DNA of 64,000 nt from Octopus sinensis. Its lineage: Eukaryota. The notes below the pieces were generated by a model, which saw nothing but the letters and a program-made list of their open reading frames with translations, was not told the origin of the DNA and ran no database searches. This document shows positions 54,900 through 64,000 of the stretch, in pieces. The DNA lies in the NCBI RefSeq assembly GCF_006345805.1, contig NC_043011.1, positions 15,822,464-15,886,463 on the forward strand, written 5' to 3'. The translations under genes and the position numbers were made by a program. How positions within the stretch are numbered: the first letter of the stretch is position 1; each line of letters opens with the position of its first letter.

Positions 54900-56850
54900 C
54901 TGGAGAGAAGGTTTGACTAGCAAAGATTATTCCCCAGATTAAATTTATATGTATATGGGCTCAAATATAGGAAAACCCCGCCACTAATCTCGGAATTAAA
55001 CCCTTTCGAAAAGGACTTCTTTGAAGTCGTTAGAAAGATTAAATTTCGTAAAATAAGTAATACACTCCAGAGAACTATGAACGACAAAATTAAACATATT
55101 AGGAGTCCAGATAAAATTTTCGTGAGGTTTGACAAGGCAAAAAAATCATACGCAGTAGAAAAAGACCTTTACTACAGACTTCTCTCAAATAGTATTATAA
55201 ACACATATAAAAAAACAAATGGTAACTTATATAAAGAGGTGAATATCGAAGCAAGAAGAATCGCTACCAAACATAACGTTAGCGATAAGACTGAATACCT
55301 TTCCCACCTCAGCCATTTATTACCCTTATAGGGTAATAAAATACAGACTAAGTAACCCAGCTAAAACGGAAATAGGAATTGTTAGCAAAAGTATATTTTA
55401 TTCTGTTCAAAATCAGTTTAGTAGAGAATTAGATTTATGGATTTGGAGCAATAGTAAATCTGTTGTAGACACGTTTAAGGGCATTAACCATAAAGACAAA
55501 TGTAAATTTACACATTTCGATGTAAAGAGACATTTACCCATCTGTATCGAAAACTCTACTTCTTAAGGTACCAGATTTTGTCAAAGAATACGTAAACATC
55601 GACATTTCGGATATCGGTATGATCGTGCCAGGAAATCTCTTCTCTTTTATCACAACAACACCTGGGGGAAAAAGAGTGAGGAGCCTTTATTTGATGCCCC
55701 GATAGGTACGTGCGACGGAGCATAACTATGCATGCTAATAGGTGCCTATATTGTGCACAACCTGTATCTAGAATTTATTTTTATAGATGCAGGGTTATAT
55801 AGGGATGGCCTTATAGTCACCCGTAATGTGAACAGGCATGTGCCCGCCAGGCTCAGAAAAGATCTTATAACTTTCTTCCTAAGAATGTGTTTACAAATCA
55901 TAATAGAAACAATACTAAATAGCGGAGACTTATTAGACATTAGATTAGATTTACAATTAAATAAATTTAAACGCAACCGTAAGCCTAATGAAAAGCTATG
56001 TTATATTAACAAAATATCCAATCACCCACTTGTACTCTTTAAGTATATAGCTAGCAATATAGGAAGGCGCATATCATCAATTTCTTCGAACGAGACAGCG
56101 TTTCAGAATGTCATGCCGTAATATAATGACGTATTAAGAAATAGAGGATTATTGGAGAAAATTCAGTATGTTCAGAAAATTCAAAAACTTCAGAAAATTC
56201 AGAACGAAAATACCCTTGATAGACACGCAGTACTAGAACCAGGAAAGTTTTGTGGTTTAATCCAACCTTCGATATCGCCGCAAAAAACTAATATAGGTAA
56301 GTAATTTTTAACATTAGATTCCAAACATTCCAAGTAAACCACAGATACCATAGAATTTTTTAAGAGGAGAATGTAAGAACTTCGCCTCTTTAATCAACCA
56401 ACATACTGCAAAGACCAATAAATTATGAAACTAAATGCAACATCAAAGATCTAAGTCGCTCTCCTTTAGAAGGAAATTGCGTGGTGAAAGGAATTGTCTA
56501 TTGTATCAAAGTCCAAATGGATAACACAGGTGCCACGTAAAATTTCTTCAAAAACCAAGCTTTATTCCCGCAGAAATTGCTGCAGGAATCCGGTGAATAG
56601 AACTGTAACGAGTCTGGCTAAATATATATGGTAGTTAAATGAAGGAGAATTCTCTCCTTTCGAAATTTATTGTTCCGTTTTAGAAAAAGCATCCACATAG
56701 AGATACGGAGTACACAGAAGTTCAATGATATGTAATATGTATGAGTGAAAAATTCTTCATCCTCATCCAGGAGAAAAACGCCTGAAACCGAAGATCAGAA
56801 CTCTTGAATTGCTACAGACACGCTTCTAAGTATAGGATCACCAAACAAAG
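54900..56850 (+). mobile_element. Degenerate Penelope-like retroelement (RT plus GIY-YIG endonuclease)
   Basis: Fragments YGLKYRKTPPLISELNPFEKD, FDKAKKSY..NSIINTYKK..VNIEARRIA, LFDAPIG..DGA, GLYRDGL, KPNEKLCYINKISNHP, GNCVVKGIVY and ELLNCYRH..KY, with many stops and frameshifts. Confidence 0.85.
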
Positions 56851-57687
56851 ACTTCCTTACTGATAGCAGAAACTGGTATTTGTGTTCTCTCATATTGATT
56901 TACATCTATCATATATCACCACGCATAAATTTTATTTAAACTCATTTTATTTCATCAATAAATAGACCCCATCGAAAATCCTTCAACTATCTATAAACTA
57001 TCTAACACTTAAAATGCACCCCTCCTTTTGCTACCAAATCTTTTAACGAACATTTCAAACGTATACCCAGAAAAGAAAACCCTTCGCTCGTCCATTGTCC
57101 ATGTATTTTTATAGATAACCAACGTTCTCATTATTATTAACATTAATAGTATTTTATATATACTCTATTTAATGTTGGAAAGATTTCTGTTTTATTGTTT
57201 TATTGTTGTGTGTACATTGTCTTGTAGAACAGACCTAGTTAGACTTACAAGGGTGAAGCAAAACCCACTTATATATACTCACTTTACGTAGTATAATGTA
57301 TTTGTACTTTAATTTTGATTTCATTTTGTTTCAACTTATTTTAAACTGTAATAACCTATAAATTTTCTCCCCAAATATATCAATCATTTATTTATGTAAT
57401 TGTATATATTCAACACGCCAGACGCATACTAGTACGTATATTAATGTTGTGCATATGTGTAAGTACATGTATCTATTTGGGGGTATACGTATATAGGTGT
57501 GTGTGTATATATATATATGTATGTGTATTTATATATATACACGCACACAGACATATATATATACATGTATATATGGATATATATAGATATGAGTGTTGAA
57601 ATATGTATACGTATGTGTACGCTTATGTATGCATGTATGAAATGTATGAACGCGTTGTGCAAGTGTATATGAACGTCTATTGGTATT

Positions 57688-57725
<38 letters not shown>

Positions 57726-58067
57726 AGTGTGTATGCGTGAGAGTGCACACGCGCGTGTGAATGTGTGAGTATGTATATCCACATGTGTGTATGGATGAGC
57801 GCGACCGTATACACGTTCAGCTTCTATTGTATTGACGTACAGTATGCACACATGAGCCTATATATGTGCATGTATATACACACTTAAGTGTATGTATTTA
57901 TATCTATATGCATGCTTAACGTTCTTTACGATCACCACCACATTTTCCTCTTTCTCTTTTTCTGCACCCCTTCTCTCCCAGTAATATTTATAACACTACT
58001 GTCGATATAGTTACAATATACTCTTCTTTTTCACTTTCTCTCTTTCTTCTTGCCCAGGGAAGCCCAC

Positions 58068-58104
<37 letters not shown>

Positions 58105-58129
58105 GTGAAATAGAGAGATGAATAATCTT

Positions 58130-58435
58130 GTAGTAGATTAATCAAAAGTTTAACCGATACCTTAGTAGCAAAAATCACAGCAGTGAACAGCACGGTTGGA
58201 TGTACAACCATCTGGCGTTGCAACCGTGCGTTGGTGCGGATAATTGAAATTAAAACATATTGGTGAATTGAAGAAATGGAGCTGAACGCAGATTGAACAG
58301 AAATCGTTTTATTTCATTCTACACGTGTTTCGAAAATCGGATTTTGGTAATTTGTGCCTTTCGAAACACGTGTAGAATGAAATAAAACGATTTCTGTTCA
58401 ATCTGCGTTCAGCTCCATTTCTTCAATTCACCAAT
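58130..58435. mobile_element. Third member of the 36.6/46.3-kb family, hairpin-ended
   Basis: Arms at ~58262-58334 and ~58360-58433. 58130-58260 is the reverse complement of 36780-36910. Confidence 0.8.
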
Positions 58436-58452
58436 AATATATATATATATAT

Positions 58453-58962
58453 ATATCGTGTACATTAGAACACATTAAGAGGCTTCCAAATAGGAAAGTC
58501 TTGAGCTAGAAAGAGCAGTAGAAGACTCAAACCACTAATTATGGATAAATTCTCGAAAGAATTGAAAATTAAAAACGTTTACCATCTTATTTAGTTCCAA
58601 GACCATGGTTTCTAACTTATTCCCGTAAAAAAATATTTACTGAGGCTAGTTTTCGTCAGTAGGTAGCTTTTAGATTTCGAATATACACACAACTATATTC
58701 GCATGTAAACCAGTTGCCTGTATATCCTAATTTTTCAAAACAACCGCGTCGATGCAGTTTATTTCCTGCGACAGAGAGGATGCCGGTAAAATTTCGAACA
58801 AATCTATCAAAAAATATTTAAACATAATAAATAATATTAGGGTAATAAGAATTAAAGAAATTATTATTACCAGTAGCCAAGCACAAAAAATAGTCAATAG
58901 ACTATATATTGTTCACATAAAATCATCGTAAGCCTCTTAATGTGTTCTAGTGTACACGATAT
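58453..58962 (-). mobile_element. Short element with 33-bp inverted ends and a variant hammerhead motif
   Basis: Inverted repeat 58453-58485/58930-58962 (1 mismatch). Minus 58663-58597 reads CCUA-CUGACGA-A-AACU..AGUU-A-GAAA-CCAUGG-UC^UUGG. Confidence 0.7.
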
Positions 58963-59247
58963 TTTGTGTTTTGTGTATATATATATATGTTTACTCCGCA
59001 ACTCCCCAAAAGATGAGCAATTACATCCCCATATATTTTTCTACATGTTGAATCATTCATTTGCAAATTTGTCTTCATATAACATGGAGTAAAATCTTCT
59101 TAAGAAAATACGAAATTACAATAATTTTAATGTCCTGATAAGCATTCGTTAGTCATTGCAAATACAATATAAAATATACTAAATGATATATTAAAACTAT
59201 ACGCAACGTGTGTGCATTTTCCTTCTTTTATATATATATATATATAT

Positions 59248-59281
<34 letters not shown>

Positions 59282-59479
59282 GCAGAGGGTGAGAAATTGA
59301 GAGAGGGAGAGAGATAAAGAGAGAAAGTAAAATAAGAAATACACAATCCTTGGTACGGTATGATTTACTTTAAAAAATGAATAGAAATGACATATCTGAT
59401 AAGGTTTCACTTTAATAATTAGATGTTAATTGAAAAATTATTAGAAAAGACATTTCATTTTTTCAAATACACACACTAA

Positions 59480-59485
59480 CCCACC

Positions 59486-59542
<57 letters not shown>

Positions 59543-59609
59543 CATATATACACACACATACATATATATATATATACATATATATATATACACACTCACA
59601 CACACACAT

Positions 59610-59684
<75 letters not shown>

Positions 59685-59735
59685 TACATAGAGAGATAGA
59701 TAGATTGGTAGGTAGCTAGACAGATAAATAGATAG
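59480..59735. repeat. (TA)n/(CA)n/(GATA)n compound microsatellite
   Basis: Direct reading. Confidence 0.9.
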
Positions 59736-61018
59736 ATAGATAGGAGTTTTTCCGTTTGTGTCTGTCAAATCGATTCAGAAGGCTATGGTCTGCCAGGGGC
59801 TAAATGGAAGACACGTGCACGAGGTGCTACCCAGCAGGATTGAAGCCAAGATCACATAGTTCGGAAGCAAATTTCTCAAGCAGACAACCCAGCTTGCACC
59901 TGTTCGTCGTTAATTTATTAAATTTCCTTCTAACACTCAACGAAATTTAAAGCAGCAGTGAACTTTAATTCACATGATGTAATGAACAAAAATAAGTTAA
60001 TTAAATTTAGACCTAAACGCAATGGTGTATGTACGGGATGATATTCTCTAGAGCAATATGTGAAGGAGAGTGCGGGTATAGGGAAGTGCAGAACTAGGTT
60101 AAGAATTGTTGTTGGAGAGAAGGACATGCAATATGCAGCAAAGCGAGTGGCTTGCGAGTTATAATTAGATATATATCATATGTATCGTATGAGGAGAGGA
60201 GCATCCACTGAAAATACCCCTTTGTCAACCAACTCTACTTTGGTGTCTTCCAGTTTTAGTTAAGAATTTTATGTTGTGTCCGCAAATTTCCTTGAAATAT
60301 AGTTTCCTCTAATATTCTGCTATTTTTGATGTGTCACACACCTATCAAACTTTATCTCTGTAGTGAAATTCTCCGTGCAAATGAAGGCCTGTGAATGATG
60401 CGAGATCAAAATGACATTGGCGGATTTAGGTAACAAGAAGTAAGTTTCCTTCCCTCGGCGGATAATCTCCTTACTGTAACAAAATTTATTTCGACATGCT
60501 GAAGTAAATGTCGCACGTTTTGCCTTTGAAATATGCCAGTATTTCCCAACTTAGGTTTCAGGATCTTACATACACATATTTAAGCGCACAAACGTACAGA
60601 AATATACATATTATGCATTTGTTGTTTAGTCTGTTACTAGTATCTCTAATTGGAACTGTAAAAAAATGTAAAACTTTCCAGAAATTTATCATTTAATTAT
60701 ATATGTGCATGTCTATATAGGCAGCTATATGCGTGAGAATACAAATATTCACACGGACATACATACATACGTACATGCATACATATAGGCATACGCTGCT
60801 GATGTTGAAATTATAATGAAGGAACGTTGGATTTATGTTTGGCAAGAAATCTTGAAATAAAAGTGAATAATGACATAGATACATATATACATATGATCAA
60901 ACAAACAAAAGTACCCTGCAGTTACTGATGATGAAATTCCAATTTAGAAACCATGGATGTAGGTTAGAAACCGATTCTTTCTCTATTGACAAGAAATCTT
61001 GAAATAAACTGAATAATG

Positions 61019-61090
<72 letters not shown>

Positions 61091-61429
61091 CTGTGTAGGT
61101 GACGGTTGGGTGTGTACTGCGTGCGTGTGTGTACGAGAAACCCACTTTATGTCTCAATATTAAAATATATTTTTTAGTCTATACACACTGATAACTTTTA
61201 AGGTTTAAGATTATAGGATATACTTTGCGCATGTGCACTTGGTAGATGCTTAATCCTTCATCGTATTTTGCCTGAAACTTACCTTCGACACAGTTGGCGT
61301 TTCATGCATTTAGGTTCACTCTGGAGGCGAACTAAAACGATTCCTATATTGTCATTTGAAGCCTTTTTCTCTTGAAAGAAAAAGAAAAAAGGAAAAGGGA
61401 TAATGCTTGATCGTATGCGTTATATACAG

Positions 61430-62110
61430 AAACAATTACGTTACAGAACTTGTGTGCTAGAAATGGTTTTCGAAATCTTTGTTGGGACATTTTTCATTCA
61501 AAAATTACCACTAATCCCCGTTATTCGATCATCACCATTCTTCGACCTCACCCCACGTAATTCGAATAGGATGATCCATATGTTCCCTAAATATCTAAAT
61601 CGAATGTAGCAAACCATCTACATTAGTGTCAGTGAGTAGGCTCAATGTTTGGATTCCATATCATTTGAATGAGTTTGAATTCGGGCAAATTATTTCGATC
61701 TGTGATTCGTTCTAGAAAGGTGAAGAACACTATAACTTATATTAAGAAAACGGGGATATGTGTCGACGAGAAACGCGGTGAACCACTGCAAATAACTTTC
61801 AAAGCAGGACATCAATCGAGGTCAATTTTTTTTCCAGATACTACGTACGTGTGTACCACAAGGGCTGAACGAAAGCCACAAACTCCGGAGCTCCTCTATC
61901 GATACCTGTTTGCTTGTGAGACATGACTACTCGCAGACACAAACAGGTTTCTTTACTGCATTGTAACTGGCGATAAAGCACCGTGTTTTATGTTACTATG
62001 AAACAGAGGAATGGACGACTGACTCCGGATAGGCAAGCAAGGCTTCGATTCAAGCCACAGTTTCATGCCCACAAAGCAAGGGTTTCCGTTTGAGTACGGT
62101 ACCCACCATA
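61430..62110 (+). mobile_element. Decayed mariner transposase remnant
   Basis: VPQGLNESHKL (WVPHEL-like) and FLYCIVTGDK (FLHRIVTGDE-like) fragments. Confidence 0.65.
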
Positions 62111-63774
62111 CTCTTTTCAGTCAATAACTATCCCACATCTAGTTAGTTAACTATTTATTCAATTAAGCGGTTAGCTAATTAGTTGCTTGCTGGATCTTTC
62201 GATCGAACCTGGAGTATCGGGAACAAGTCATTGAACATGTCAGGAATAGCGACGAAAAGATTTTGACGATTCAGCGGATTGATTGATAGACTGATCATAA
62301 AATTAATCAAACAGTCAATAATTAATTGTTTAATTGGTTTTTTTTATGTGTCTTACGAAGTTGTTGACATGAACTCTTTTTTAAAACAAATGCTTACTGA
62401 TGTAATGGTCACTTTTGCCAATGAATAACTTATACATTAGTGCTCTAAGAATTTTTTCGACGGGCATTGTGAGATACCTTAATTCAAGATTCTTGAAGGT
62501 TACGTAAAATTCCTTAAATATTGATATATTTCTTTCAGTAATCTATCTCAGAAAACCCTACTGTACATAACAAATACTTTCATGATATATACAGTTTGTC
62601 CTAGTAAATTCAGGTAAATGATATTGAGCATACTTTCTGTCTGTAAGGTATACCAACAGTGAGAGAACATCAATTATTGCTCTGTCTTATTATAACATTA
62701 TGGAAATGTATCAGCGGACATTTGTAATGATATTACTAAAATCTGAGTTAGAATAATTATACGTCCAATATTCAAACTCTATGACGTTCTCAATACTATG
62801 ATGCTACCAAGATGACAATTCGTAAGATTGTTATCCTTCGAGATTTCAGCAGTGGCATTTATTGACGGTCAAAATTATTCATTATTGAACCGCTGATTAC
62901 TGTATTATATGTTAAAATTACAAATTAACCAGACGTTTCAGTTGAATTAAAGTTGAATATAGCGACTCGGTAGTGTAACTGTGTTACTTAAACCTGTTAT
63001 TCGCATTTATTACTCATATAAGATACATATTCTAATGTATAAGTATATATATGTAAAGAAACGATAGCTTTTTTACTTCTAGAATTTTTTTTTACATAGA
63101 AAGTTTGTTTTGTGTTCAGTATTGACATGAATATTAAGTTTTGTTTTCTTTTAAGCCTTTAGGACCATGTTTTATTTTTTTCCTTGCCAGTGTGATATAT
63201 TGAAATTATATAGCCATCGTGTACAATGGAAAATTTGTGAATATACATGGGCGTTTTTTTTCTAAGGAAAAGTATATAAAAACTAGCATAGTAATAGATC
63301 AACTATCTTCTTTGTGCAAATCTTTGGAAACATGGAAAAAAATTGTTAAGCATATAAGCTATAATGTAAATTCCAATATTTATACGCATTTCACATTATT
63401 ATATCAATAGTTTCTCCTCCAGAAATATATCATAAAATATATTCTTCGTATAAGATTGATATAATAAGAAACGTATGTAAATTCTGATATATTTTTTCGG
63501 CAATTTTCTACATTGTTCTGGTAATAGTGGGCACAGCCGAAAGTAAGTCATTCCCATTCACTCTCTCAGTTACACATATATACAAACATATACTTACATA
63601 CCTATGTGTGGTAAAAATATGTATGGTAAGAAAAAGAGCTTTGTTCGGGTTTTGAATTCTCAAAATATATAGAAATGAGGTTTTACATTGCTATATATCC
63701 TTACATAGTTGTACAATAAAGCGGAACTTCAGGCCTAACTATTTTTATCTATCTTATATTTCTGTGATGCCTTA

Positions 63775-63925
63775 AAATTGCGAGCTTCATTCTGTGTTCA
63801 AATTCCGCTGAGGTCCACTTTGCCTTTTATTCTTTGAGGGTCGATAAAATAACTACCAGTTGAATATTGGGATCGATGTAATCGATCTGCCACACCCCGA
63901 CATTGCTGGCCTTGTGCTAAAATTT
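63775..63925 (+). mobile_element. Decayed SINE family C fragment
   Basis: GTTCAAATTCCGCTGAGGTCCACTTTGCC..GGGTCGATAAAATAACTACCAGTTG. Confidence 0.7.
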
Positions 63926-64000
63926 GAAATCAGTATTTCGCACATGCTGAGATGCATATGCGCGTGTTAACATACATACGTATCTGCATGCCTGCTTATA

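Noticed and set aside
56850-56880. CTGATAGCAGAAAC at the PLE 3' end as a hammerhead
   Set aside because: The core is incomplete (no G8-A9 or stem II). At most a deleted remnant.

Overview
AT-rich, repeat-saturated metazoan DNA. The SINE families, microsatellite load and transposon mix strongly resemble an Octopus (cephalopod) genome; this is an inference from recognition, not a database result. No intact host protein-coding gene is recognisable, and most ORF-track entries are translations of microsatellites. Mobile-element remnants: R4/Dong-clade LINE fragments sitting in (TAA)n arrays, an L1/Tx1-like fragment, a CR1-like fragment, two degenerate Penelope-like (PLE) retroelements, three mariner remnants, a probable Chapaev3-like transposase remnant, non-autonomous Helitrons, and three or four tRNA-derived SINE families, some nested. 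The main hidden signal is RNA structure. At least six unrelated short non-coding elements, usually next to (TA)n and carrying inverted ends, contain type-I hammerhead ribozyme motifs with a self-complementary (dimer-type) stem III. Two motifs are fully canonical (25512-25597 minus, 46313-46405 plus). A recurrent variant with A.A at position 10.1-11.1 occurs in three different families, including an inverted twin pair (46771-46848 and 47108-47185). Two weak candidate exon clusters lie on the minus strand (12.9-13.6 kb and 28.3-28.6 kb).
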